A DNA stretch of 64,000 bases from Sarea resinae (lineage: Eukaryota). Each line of letters starts with the position of its first letter. The first letter of the stretch is position 1. Positions 1 through 11,871 of the stretch are shown one piece after another. The stretch lies in assembly GCA_026026165.1 (NCBI GenBank), contig JAPEUD010000005.1, positions 434,001 through 498,000 of the forward strand, in the 5' to 3' direction. The position numbers were made by a program, and so were the translations under genes. The notes beneath the pieces are model-generated. The model ran no database searches and was not told the DNA's origin. It was given only the letters and a program-made list of their open reading frames with translations.

Positions 1-212
1 ACGGCGCTTGCAAACAGAGACATACCCATGAAAGGTTCCCGCTAGAACGAGATAGTCGTTGATGCTGAGCTTATTCAGTCCGTCATGGAAATCGCGCTGG
101 TAGATTAAGCCTCCGGCTTTGTTGATGATGATGAGCGCGAAGACGACCCTAATTCGATTGCGTTAGCCCCCAGTACATATTATTCTTAAATAGGGCAGCT
201 ATTTACGGACAT
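1..212 (-). CDS. TRS23: TRAPP complex subunit Trs23 (sybindin family), 5' part; gene continues off the left edge
   Basis: Not in the ORF track. Exon 148..26 reads (M)[41 protein letters not shown], the typical Trs23 N-terminus. Start codon is AT (212-211) + intron 210..149 (GTCCGT...GCTAAC...TAG) + G. Next intron donor GTATGT at 25. Confidence 0.88.
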
Positions 213-658
213 TTTGATGCTGCTGGCGGCGTCTCCCCCCGCACCCGCGCACCGTGTTCGCGCTGTTGCGCCTGTTGGCGGTATATGACGACTTGGAGGT
301 TGTGAGAGCTGCTGCGCGCATCAAGATGGGGGGAGGTGGCTGATATTCCTGTCGTCTTTCTGTTCGTGGTCGATTGCTTAGACCTCGGATCGATCGTCTC
401 GGGCACTCTTTTCCGTACTGGGAAGATGAGGCTCTAGCTGGCTGGCTAGACTTCTGCGCGAGATCTGGCTATCAGGGTCCCGAGAGTGAGGACGATATCT
501 ACGGGCGCCCATGTTCGGGGGCCTGGAGTGCCCCGGACGGCATTTGCCGCCGCTGCGGTCCCTCCCTCCGACAGATGTCGAATCCACGATCCACAACTTG
601 CATTTCTCGCGGTGGATTTCATATTGCTCCCTGTCTCTCTGATACAACCCGCACAGCC

Positions 659-899
659 ATGGCAAGCACGGCGCCCACATCGCGGACGCGCGAACGGCCG
701 CACGGCGACGAAGAAGCCTCGACGGAGCTCCGGCTAGGCGAATTCCAATCCGTGCCGACGCTGACCATGTCCGAGGCACGGCTCCTCATCAACGCCGTCA
801 TCGAGCACCGAAAGACGCAGCGGAAGGTCGAAGAGACCGAGTAAGCCACGGCTCTTTTTCCTTGTGTGCTACGACGGGGTCAGAACCAGCGGGGGAGAG

Positions 900-958
<59 letters not shown>

Positions 959-1408
959 TGATGGATGGCTAATAACGGTTGGATCTGCAACAACAGGACG
1001 CTCATCAAAATGCAAGACTACCTCGACATCTTCGCGCGCTTCAAGCAAAAAGAGAACATCGAGGCCGTCGAGCGCATGCTCACGACCCATACGGAGCTGG
1101 AACCGTTTGAGAAATCCCAACTCGGTAAATCACCCCATCTCGTCCCAAATTCCCTCTCCCTCTTCCCCGGGAGGAGCTTTTCTTCACCCTCTCGATCCTC
1201 TCTCTGTTCCTAAGCGAAGAAGAAGAGCTGCTGCGCGACGAAACTAACCATGACCGGGGTCTGCGGCTGAATAGGATCACTCTGCTGCGATAGCGCCGAA
1301 GAAGCCAAAACTCTGATTCCGAGCCTGGGGAACCGTATTTCCGACGACGAGCTCCAGGACCTTCTCAGCGAGATCACAAATATCAGGGAGATGGACCTGC
1401 ATAAGTGA
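659..1408 (+). CDS. RPB4: RNA polymerase II subunit Rpb4 (3 exons: 659-840, 997-1124, 1275-1408)
   Basis: Spliced product ...EEASTELRLGEFQSVPTLTMSEARLLI...TLIKMQDYLDIFARFK...LEPFEKSQLGSLCCDSAEEAKTLIPSL...DDELQDLL matches Rpb4; canonical GT-AG introns with branch sites. Confidence 0.95.
904..955. repeat. (GA)~26 microsatellite inside RPB4 intron 1
   Basis: Perfect dinucleotide run read directly. Confidence 0.98.
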
Positions 1409-2499
1409 GCATCGCTCTCAATCGAAGAGAGTGGACGCAAGGTGGGGGGGGGCGGGGGGAGGGGGGAAGGGGGCCAGAACCCAGCTACGCATATTTCCAG
1501 ACGTACTCCAGAAAACACGGACGGAAGTGAGTGAGTTATGGGTGCCGAGGACACCTCTAGAGGGAGCATGGGCGTTTCTCCTTCCCCCCTCACCAAGACG
1601 AAACCAGCAATCATTGGAGACTCTTCCCCTCCCTCCTCCCCCGGCCCCCTTTTTCTCCATTTCCTCTCCTTGGGAAGAGCAGAGGAGACCGGGCCTGTTT
1701 GTCTGTCTGCATTTGCATTTCTCAGGCGTTGCAAGAATCGAGAGGCGTTTCGCTTTTTTTTAAACAGAAATTCTTTCCCTATGTCTTTTTCCCCTTTTCC
1801 TTTTTCTTTTCTCTAAATCTCATGACTGAACTCCTCGAGCCGAGGAAGGGGGAGCATCTGTATCGCTGTACGCATACAAAAGAAGAGTCGATCAAGACCA
1901 CCGCGCGTACCAGAGAAGCAAAGTCGACTACGAAGTAAAGACAATCGGTAGATATGAATTTTAGATGAGAGGAAGTTTGAGTCAACTGAAGGGGTTCGGA
2001 TTGCATCAAAAGCAGCTAAGGCTAATTTTAGATTAAGTCAAGTCAAGTCTAGTCAAATCCATCAGTCGCAAAGCTTTGATTACATATACAAGTTCTACCC
2101 ATAAAATCCAAGATTTTCATCCTAGTTGCGGTCACGGTCCCAGTCCCAGTCCCTGTCCCAAAACCGGTGCTGGTGAGTCGGCTTGCTTTGAGAAAGGAGA
2201 AGTGGGTGGGGGTGGGGTGGGTGATTTGAACCCCATCCATCCGTCCATCTCTTCTTGTCTCTCGTTATCCAATTACCCTTCCCCCCTCTCTACCGGCTCT
2301 GATGTCTTTATACCACATCTCCTCTCGTCCTGTCTCTTCTCACCAGAAGAAATACGAAGCCCGCTCCTTTCGTGCCGATCCAATTCAGTCCAATCCAATT
2401 GCAGTCTCGACAGACATCGCTAATAAGCTGCACAAGTCTTCCGCTTACGCTAGGTACGGAGCCGCTTCAAACGTCGTAGTGGTGGTAGTCGTGGTGGTC

Positions 2500-4485
2500 C
2501 TAGGAGGAGGCGTCCCGAAAGGCGACTTCGGCCGGCAGCCGGAAAGAGACACAAAACATGCGCTTCAGGGGGGCGACATCGCGCACGTCCCAGACGGTCA
2601 TCTCGAGATCGACTTTCCCCTCCTCACCCTCGCCTTCGCCTTCACCTTGCTCTCCCCCTTTCCCGTTCTTACCCATCGTGCGTAAATCCGCGAGGCCAGT
2701 CGCAAATTCAATACATCCCTCGCGCCACCCGAACTGGCGCTCGATCTCGCGGCAGATCTGGCCCCGCGCTTCCGCGTTCCCGTCGTCGTCGCGCTTGATC
2801 GCAAACGTATGGACGTGCAGCATGGGTAGCTTGCGCGCCGTGTGTGGGTGGAAGAGGGGTCGGGAAGAGGGTGGGTAGAGGGAGATGAAGGATGGGAGGA
2901 AGGTGAGTGCGCTTGCGGGGAGGTTGAGCACATAGTGTGAGAATGTCCGGGGCAGCGTTAGGGCCCTGGACGCTGGTGCTGCTGATGAGGGTGAGGGTGA
3001 GGGCGTCTGTTGGGACTCGGACGCAGTTGGGGTGGTGGAGGAGTTGGCGGGCTGAGATTGGGGTTGATGCTGATGTCGGGGCTGTTTGGCCGGCGGGAGA
3101 GTGACCGTGTGGGCTGTGTTTAGCAGAGCGGCGGCGGATTCGCGGATAAAGGTGTGGCCGTCTTGGTTGAAAGCGCGAACGAAGGGCGCGACCTGTGCAG
3201 ATAAATGATGAGCTCACTGTACATAGGCCTAGTCGTAAACGTATGGGAAGAGGAGGAGAGGAGCGTGAGTGCGGCAGGAAGAAGAAAAGAACGAAGATGA
3301 GAGAGAAGCAAGTCTCCTAGGACACGAGAACCCACCTTATTCCTCGTAATTGCATCCTCCAAACTCGCAAAACTCTCGGGATTTAGATCATTCGCCCAAA
3401 CAAAAACTCCCTTCTTCCCCGCCGGCACCGCAAACGGTCCCACGCCTGCCATGACATCGCATACAGCCTCGCCCTCCCTAAACATATCCACCAGCCGCCT
3501 ATGCTCCGTGTTCAGTCTCGGATTCCAGTACACCTTCGAGTAGTCAAATCGGAAAAAGCAATCGGCTTCTTTGACCTCAACGTTGAGGTCCGATGGGCCA
3601 GCGAGAATCTCGAAGGCGAACGTGCGGAATTCGCTATGCGTGCCTACATCGTCTGTTTTGTTGATGACGGTGCGGACGGTGGGGGTCTTGTCGAGGAGGA
3701 CGGTTGCGATGAGGGATTTGTATGGAAGATACTGCTCTCGGAGATTGAAATGCGCTGACGCGGCCGGTAGTGTGAGAAAGTGTCCGCAACCTCCTGGTTT
3801 GGGATACGACTTACCTACATGTCCAACAATGCTGAAGCCTGTAGGAAGCTCGTCCTGTTCGTCTTCTGGCAGGATGGCGCTCATGATATCATCTTTCCGA
3901 ACCGGGTCAGCAAATGAAAGTACGCAATTGCCCTCTGAAACATGGGTGCATACGATAAGTCCAGTACTCATAATCTAGATCCACATCGAACGGTATCAAG
4001 CCCGCATCTCCGGCCTTGACCAGCCCTTCCACTTTCGGGCCCCACGTCGATGAGTCTTTCTGAGGCTATCAGCTTTTGATCGCAACATAGCGCAGTTTGT
4101 CTGCAGCTGTAACTCCTTGCAAGTAATACACACTATTATGTCTGATCTCTGGCCGTAGCAACAAGCATTTCTCCCCCTTGGAAGCCTGGTATGCCTCAGG
4201 CACAGGACGCACCATGGTGATCCTTGGCTGGCGCAAGAGATCCTGGCTTCTGTCCAGCTCGGTGCGGATCTTCGAGATCTTCTTATTGTCCGGAATTCGA
4301 GCTGCTGATAGAGGCACCCTCTTCTTGAAGAAGGAGCGGTCCAGGACGCGCATTGCGCGGTTCACTGGCGGTCGAAACATATCGTAGCCGTATTGGCAGA
4401 CGCCGTTGTCAACAGTCGACTGTCCAGGTCAGCAATGATAAAGTTGACAAGGGAGAACTCATCATCGACTGCTACGAACCTCCAT
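2500..4485 (-). CDS. TRM5: tRNA (guanine37-N1)-methyltransferase Trm5, multi-exon
   Basis: [52 protein letters not shown] motif [42 protein letters not shown]. Start at 4485 assumes a 6-nt first exon; the alternative start is 4380. Confidence 0.93.
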
Positions 4486-5067
4486 CTATCTCATGCTTGG
4501 ACTGGTCCTAGCAAGGCTACAATGGTAATTGCACGGCATATGGCTCGAGCGAGAAGCAATCATAGTCGCAGAGTAGTGACTCTGCATTTCTGCGGTCTCG
4601 ACTTTTTGGCCACCAAATAGGTCTAGCGGCATCTTCAATTCATCTTATCTCGATCGGCAACAGCAAATGCTTTCGCTGTCAGTACTCAATTTCACCAAAC
4701 GGCCATAGACCGGATTGTCCTTGAGAAAAGCACTTTCATGAGATTTTCTTTATTGATTGCCATCTGCAAAGACTACTCCGTTCCCGAAATGTTTTCCAAT
4801 CCCATTCGTAACACGAGCCGATCTCACACCCCGACCGTCCATACCGCCCCGCCTGCACGTACAATTGAAATGCAAGTGATGAAAAGAAACCCCACCAACA
4901 AGAATGGTATTACCCAGGCATAACAAACCAGCAGCATGAATCAACTCGAATCTTGTTTTGGAGAACGGCTGATCGCTCAAGAGGAAAAGCTAGCCCATTC
5001 ACTTTCGCGCCAATAGAAGGTGCTAGACCGCTAGGCAAATGTGCCTATTATTGCATTGTCGATATGC

Positions 5068-7927
5068 TCAATAGTTGAGCTCTCCCTGCCCATTGCCACC
5101 AACAGCATCGAGATCCTCGTAGCTTTTCAAGCTCCTCCCTTGGACCGCTTCTCTAGGTCCTACAGCAGCAGCTCCACCATCGCCCCACTTACCTGCTCCA
5201 CCAGGACCGCCAGTACGTGGCGGCAGAGTGTTTCTAGGAGGAGTGAGCCGTCCACCGAACCTGGGATCACGATTCTCCCTCGGCCGTCGGTCGTACGGTC
5301 CGGGTCTGCTGTTGTATCTGCCGGCTCCCCTGCGCATAGGTCCAGGATGATGTCTCTCGTCTCCCATCATATCAGCACCTGCTCCGAAAAGACCAGCTGG
5401 GGCTTGAATAGGGTGCGAGCCGAAAAAGGCTGGGAAACCAGTTGGCGGCGGAAAACCGCTTGGCATACCCATGGGAAAATTCATGGGGATGTTGGCAAGA
5501 CTGAAGCCACGAGGTGTACCAGTTGCCATGTGACTGCCACCTGGAGGGAAGTGGCCATTGCTGTTCGGATCAGTCCGAGATGGAGCTATGTGGGCCGGAT
5601 CAAGGCAGTAGAGATTGACCAGGTTCAGCTGCGACAAGATCATGTTAGTGAAAATCCGCACGGTCAGCAGCTGGAGACTTACATCTTTCTTGAGATCCTC
5701 TAGCCATTCCGGATGCCTCTTCTCGACGTGCTTGCGCCAAAAATTCTCTGCTTTGAAGAGCTTCGTGCACTCAGGGACTTTGCATCGGAATTTGGATTCG
5801 TCTTCCTGCTTGACGAATTTGCCAAGCTCCTCTTGAACAGCGTCATCCACAGGCTTGCCGCCAAGTTTTTTGACATCCACGTTTTCCGGTTCAAGGATCT
5901 GCAGGAGTTTATCTTCAAAAGTCTTAACCCAGTTGAAAGCCCGCTGAAGCTGCTGCTCGTTCTTGCTGCCAACTTTGTGATATTTCTTCTCCTCGACAGG
6001 AGATTCTCCATTTGCACCATCTTGGACGGAGTCTTTCCTTTTCAAAGGAAATGGTTCGCCTTGTGCGCTTGCTCTAGCAGCTGCTTTGGCTGCACTTGTT
6101 AAGCTGGCCCTCGGACGGCGGAGATGGCCACCGGGGCATTTCCGTGTAAGTTCATGAACTGAGTCACTTTCAAAAACACAAAAAAAGCAGAAGTTGAAAA
6201 CACGACGGAGGTACTCGACCAGGAGATCCAGTGTCTTCTTCTTGGCAAGCAAGTCTTCGTCATCCACTTCTTCGTCGTAGGCCCCCTCTTCTTCCTCATC
6301 ATCTTCGGCGGCCTCTCCCTCCTCATCGTCTACCTCAGCCTTGGTCTCCTTCTTAGCCGGATTAGATCCTGCAGCTGTAGGCTTCAATAGTCCCTTGCTG
6401 CGCAATTCATCCACTCGTTCGCCAATCTTGGCCACAGCGTTTACGTTTGACCCAAAATCTTGATCGAACTTCATAACAAGACGTGTGGCTAATCCTAGGT
6501 CTCTGTCAATCCTTTCGGGGGCTGAAAAGAGATCCCACAAAGCCTTCTTCCTCGGTACAACGGGCGGCACATGTACGCCTACATGGCACGTAAAGTCACC
6601 TCGCGCATCGTCGTGGATGGTTTTGCCGTTGACTGCCTCTAAGGCTTTCTCGGCCGTACCGGTTGTCGCTTCACCGCCAGCGTCTGAGCGGGCCATAGCA
6701 TCTTCTCCCTCTTCGTCCCGACCATCACCTCTTTCAAGGCTGACGCCTGTCGTCTCTGAGCCTGGATGCAGCATCACCCATCCGATTCGATGGTACTTTT
6801 TCAGAGGGTTAGGATCGCTCAAGCTAAGCCACTTGAATCCGCCATCGTTTTCGCCTAGGTGCTCTTTGCAAAACTCTTCGATCTTTTCACGGCTAACAGT
6901 AGGCGCGATCGTCTTGATCAGCAGGGCCGGCTGGAAGGCGGTCTCGTCGCGTATGTCTCCGCCCCTAGAGGGAAGGAGATCTCCCACTAGCAGGACCTCC
7001 CCGACTGCAGTAGCCTCACCCTCTTCTTTCTCTACGACGCCTCCAACGCCGTCGCTTTCGCTCTTGTAGATCCCTTCAAGGGTGTATTCGTCAAAGGCGC
7101 CAGCATCAAGATCAGATTCCCATTGAGTGTAATTGCCACGACGAAAATCGGTAAGTCGCTGGTAGAATGGGTCTCTGATTTCGGAAATATAACGTTCCTT
7201 GAACCACTCTTCGCTTTTGTGTTGCTGAACAAAATTACGAGCCATCTTGACCTGGAGTTCCTCCTTGTATGCATCGTAGGCTGTTTGGATTTGGCCCTTC
7301 TCTTTTTCACGTTCTTCACGTGCTTCCTTTTCGCCCTTGACACGGTCCAAAGGTCTCCTTCCACCATTCTTTTGGCGCTCGCGGTCTTCTTTGATGGACT
7401 GATCGACCCTCCACCATTCGGCGAACCAAGTGAATCCAACCTGGAAGTCCAAGGTCAAGGGGTTTGGAAGGGGATTAGTGCGAACAGCAGGCTTGTCGGT
7501 GTCTTGGCCGGGAACATAGCGGTCTATGTGCCCTTGTACAGGGGGAGGTGAGGCTCGGCGACGCTCCTCTCGGTCGCGGGTCGGGGCATAGTAATTATCT
7601 CTAGAACCACGCGAGTCGGGTTGATAACGATCGATGACCTGAGGTGATCTTGAACGGCCTCTTCCCCGCGCGCGCCGATCTTGGGGTGCTGTAGCTTGAC
7701 ATGTCAGATCGGCCGAAAGAGAATAGAAATGAATGGAATGTGATCGAGAATTCAAGCACTGGACGGAGATGATTGTTGTGGGCGATGATAGCCATGCAAA
7801 AGGAAGGAGTGCAACGGCAACGTGGTGTCCGCAATAGACAGTAGAAAAGACGATTCGGTGACATCTATAGTCTGCCGTCCGAAGCTGGAAGAAACTCACC
7901 CGGCGACCGACGTCGGTAGGAATCCAT
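5068..7927 (-). CDS. ARS2: ARS2/SERRATE-like (S. pombe Pir2-like) C2H2 zinc-finger RNA-processing protein
   Basis: FVQQHKSEEWFKERY, LLIKTIAPTVSR (RRM-like), YLRRVFNFCFFC, C2H2 FRCKVPECTKLFKAENFWRKHVEKRH, C-terminal SYEDLD. Start inferred as MDSYRRRSP (7927) followed by intron GTGAGT at 7899; second intron 5682..5629. Confidence 0.85.
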
Positions 7928-9510
7928 CAGAAATGTCTTCGATGGTCTTGCCGATCAATTGAAAGAGAGCATCCAGGAATCACGCTTATTCGATAAATTA
8001 GCTTCGTTCATATCGAGGGCAACAATGCGAGGACATACGCAGCCAACAGGCCTATCCGGTTGAATGCGACAGATAGGGTCTAAGCCGTCTGAGCTCGGAA
8101 AGCTAAGAATAGCAACTAAATAGCCACTCGAATTGTGTATGTCCCAATCTGTTATTCGAAGATGGGTTGTCAAGTGATTGCTGGTGAATAGAGCTGCAGG
8201 GCGGGGTGGTAATCGGAGCTGTTTCCCGACATGATGGCTTGTCAGAGGCGGATCTATCAGAGTATCAAGTAGAGGAGGGAGTGAATGGTAAAAGTGAATG
8301 AATGATGACGGGCAGGCGAGCCAAGAGAAAGACGAGCGAACGGGGGGATGGCACGGTAAGATGGGCAGAGAGGGCAAGAATTGAAGATGGTGTAAGATCT
8401 CAAGAGGGCGCGCGGCCAATGAGCAACGATGGAACGAAGCGCGCGGGCTGTCTCCAGCAAAGAGTAGATATTCGAGTAAGAGTAGCGGATAGAAGATGAG
8501 GCTCAAGGAGGGTCATAGAAAAGTGATGAGGTGATGAGGGCAGGCGGCAACTCACGACGATGACAATCAGCCGCACTGAAGGATACCTGAGGTATGATTC
8601 CAGCTGATGCTGAGGAGGAGGGTGGGTGTGTGAGTGAGTGAGTGAGCGATGGCGGCCAGAGGTGAGCTTGCGACCTTCCCTTAGCTGAGCAGCTTGGATG
8701 GATGGCTGGGGTGAGCCGTGTGAGCTGCGGGTCACTGGGCAACCGTAGTGGATAGGCGAGGTGAGCGTGATGGAGACTTGCTGATGAGTCTCCTCGCTCG
8801 CTCAGACGCTCTAGAGATGGTGTGGAAGACTGGAAAGGCACTTGATGAGAAGGACCGGCCACGGGCGGGGACAGATGGCGTGGAACGGTCAACGTAGGGA
8901 TGCCCAAGTAGGTACGAGGTACTACTCCGGAGTACTACATACACATTACGGAGAGACTTCTGAAGGAACAGTCACCTGATGTGCTGAGAGATGCGCAGTA
9001 CACAGTACACAGTACACAGTACACAGAACACAGCACACGGTACCTCGGCCACCTGCCGGCCACCCGCCGATCCAGATCGGATCATCCCATCAACAGCGCG
9101 ACAGTGAGATCATACTCACCTTTAGCTTTCCCGGCTGCCGCTCTCTTAAGACTACCCCGGATTCCGCCTGTCCTGACAGCTCCATTCCCACCCGATTTCC
9201 CAACCAAACTAGCGGCCACATTCGACGCTGGAAAGGGATTGAAATGTGAGTGTTGCTTGATTCTATTCTCTGTTCCATTTCCATCATTTTGCTTTCGTGG
9301 AACAGAGAGACGATACCCATTGGTACATCACGCACCGAGACAGCATCGAATGCCGGGAAGATAGTCCGCTGATACGAGCCGTTCCTGCAGTACTTCATCC
9401 GTCAATCAATTGCTCAAGTCGAGTTGGGATCATACCAAGGTAGGACCCCCTTTCTTCTTCTTCATCTTCATACGGTGAATATTCATTGACCGAATAACAG
9501 AGAATTCAAA

Positions 9511-10293
9511 ATGACGACCTATATCCCCTCGCTCACCCTCCCCGCGCATATCTTCGCCCAACCCGCCGCCTCAATCCTCCTCCCCGTCTTCGTTGGCACA
9601 GGTATCGGCTTCTCTGTACGGCGTACGTCCTGCCCCTCTCAGTGTCTCAAACATGCATCGCAGATGAGATCTCCCACTAACACCTCCACGCAGCACGCCA
9701 ATCTGACTCCTCATACCTCGCCCTAAAGCAACCTCCTTTCCGCCCTCCGCCAGCTGTCTTCGGTCCCGTATGGACACTCCTCTACGGCCTGATGGGCTAC
9801 TCAGCCCACCGAGCCTGGACAACGGGCATGGCATCATTGGACCCGCGTAAAGTCGAACTAACTCGTCAGGGCGCAACACTATACACCATTCAACTCGGCC
9901 TTAACCTAGTCTGGATGCCACTTTTCTTCAAACTCGAGCGCCCCATTGAAGCCACAGTAGATATCGTCGCCCTGACAGGAATCACGGGATATCTAGCTTA
10001 TACCTGGGGCCAAGTGGACGAGATTTCCGGATGGCTTCTCGCACCTTATCTGGCCTGGTTGGGCTTTGCTACTTACCTAAGTGTATGTTCTGTTCATCCC
10101 TAAATCTCTCCTAGCCTTGCTTTCGTCTACGGCAAGAAGAATCGAGCAGAACGTCAGCATCTGACATTATATGTGATTGCAGGCTGGTACAGGCTACCTC
10201 AACGGCTGGAATTTCACGGACAAGGAACGCCATCGGTCCCCGGGGTCTAAGTCCCATCCCACCAAGTACGTCGACGAGAAGGACGACGAGTAG
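9511..10293 (+). CDS. tspO: TspO/MBR translocator protein (3 exons)
   Basis: Spliced exon 2 gives YLALKQPPFRPPPAVFGPVWTLLYGLMGYS, QLGLNLVWMPLFF and LLAPYLAWLGFATYL, the TspO signature segments. Confidence 0.93.
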
Positions 10294-10654
10294 AAAAGCA
10301 AGCAAGCAAGCAGATGATCGGGCTGATGTTTGATGAGGTGAGATGAGATGGAATGAGAAGCAATTGCCACTGTCATATCTAGTTTTCTATTGTCTATCTG
10401 TGTCCCAAAAAAAATCAATCTTCATTTTCCTTTGCCCTTTTCATTGGATCTCATCCAAGCCAACCAATCAAGGCAGTCAATCCTTTGAACGACGGCTCAA
10501 CAGACCTGTATGACGTAAACTCCTCACTCCTGACGAGTATCCCCAGTATTGAAGGCGCTGTCATTTCATGGAACCCACCACTATCTGTAAAGTTTTCGCC
10601 AAAGCTACCCAGCCTCGACCGACCCTTTGTTTGCTCCTCCGAATAATCTTGTCC

Positions 10655-11427
10655 TTATGTTGTGCCTTTCAGCGCCATCATCCCTAGTATGGCTATCTCT
10701 AATTCTTGTTTCTCCGGCAAGTCGGCCGCAGCTGTACTAGTGCGGTCTGGCTCTTTGTTCTCTTCTGTCTTCCCCTTCCTCTTCTTTTGGCTATGGCTGT
10801 CATGATTCAAAGCAGATAATTTATAAGTCTTTTTGACTCTTTGCCAATCGGTGGTTTCTTGAAGAGTTTCATCGTCAAATTCGCAGATTGTACCTTCTAT
10901 GATGTCACAGAGATGGTTTTGCACGTCTGCTTGAGATCTTCCTGTGCTTGCCGGCACTTTTACTGCTATGAGATCTTTGGTCGTCTCATTGACGCCAAAT
11001 CTTCTAAACGATTCAGTGATCTGAGCGTTGCAATCAGTTGGATAGAACACATCGATCAAAGGGCGAGTTACCCACGTTGTTGTTAGAACTTAACGAGAAA
11101 ACTATCTCGGAGTGCACATTCCGAGTCTTCAAGCGATCATTTAAGAGGTCGTTGAGCGCTCTATACGCGGCAGCCAATACATGAGCAGCTGACACAATCT
11201 ACCAATGTTACGGTTAGCAACGATCGACGTTCGGAACGAGCATAGCTGTCGGTCGGGTACGGCAGTCATACTGAAGCAGCGTCGATGAAAGCATATTCGT
11301 ACTCGGCATTGCCGCTCAAGAGCTGCTCTCGGAGGAAAGCAGCGTTGCGAACGCCGCGGAAGAAGCCCACGTAGATGACGTGCGATGAGGGTACATGAGA
11401 GAGCTGGTAGGTCTTGAGAGAGGCCAT
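10655..11427 (-). CDS. CGI121: EKC/KEOPS complex subunit Cgi121 (3 exons)
   Basis: Spliced: ...[44 protein letters not shown]...[30 protein letters not shown]...ILGMMALKG. Confidence 0.92.
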
Positions 11428-11871
11428 CGAGCCTGCTGGGGAAGTGGGTGATTCGTAACGCTGCTATTGGTGTGGCGCATGCTGATGAGTTGTGGCGAGG
11501 AGGGGTCTGGCGCTCTCGCGCTCTCTCTCCATGTGTGCTGCGTGCGGTACCTGAGGCCTCGCCCGCCTACTCGCCAAGCCACGCGTCATCATTCAGCGGT
11601 TGCGGCTAAAGCTACCTACTGCGTCCAGCGTACTCCGTACAATACCTCCAGCTGGCGGATCCCTACTCCGTACTCCGTCTGCATACAGCTCTAGAGTCAG
11701 GCCGGCTGCCTCATGCTCACAACAACACCGTTGCCTCTTCTCTGCTCTGCTGCCTCTGCCCCCCCGACCATCTCATCAGCGAGTCGTTGACGCTGCCACG
11801 ACCACTGTATCAGTATCCGAGCCGGCGTCTAGATCGATGCAGCCCTTACACTTCGCTTCACGAACATCGCG

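Noticed and set aside
2500..11427. TRM5 and CGI121 (both tRNA position-37 modification) as a functional cluster
   Set aside because: Separated by unrelated genes; proximity of housekeeping genes is expected by chance.
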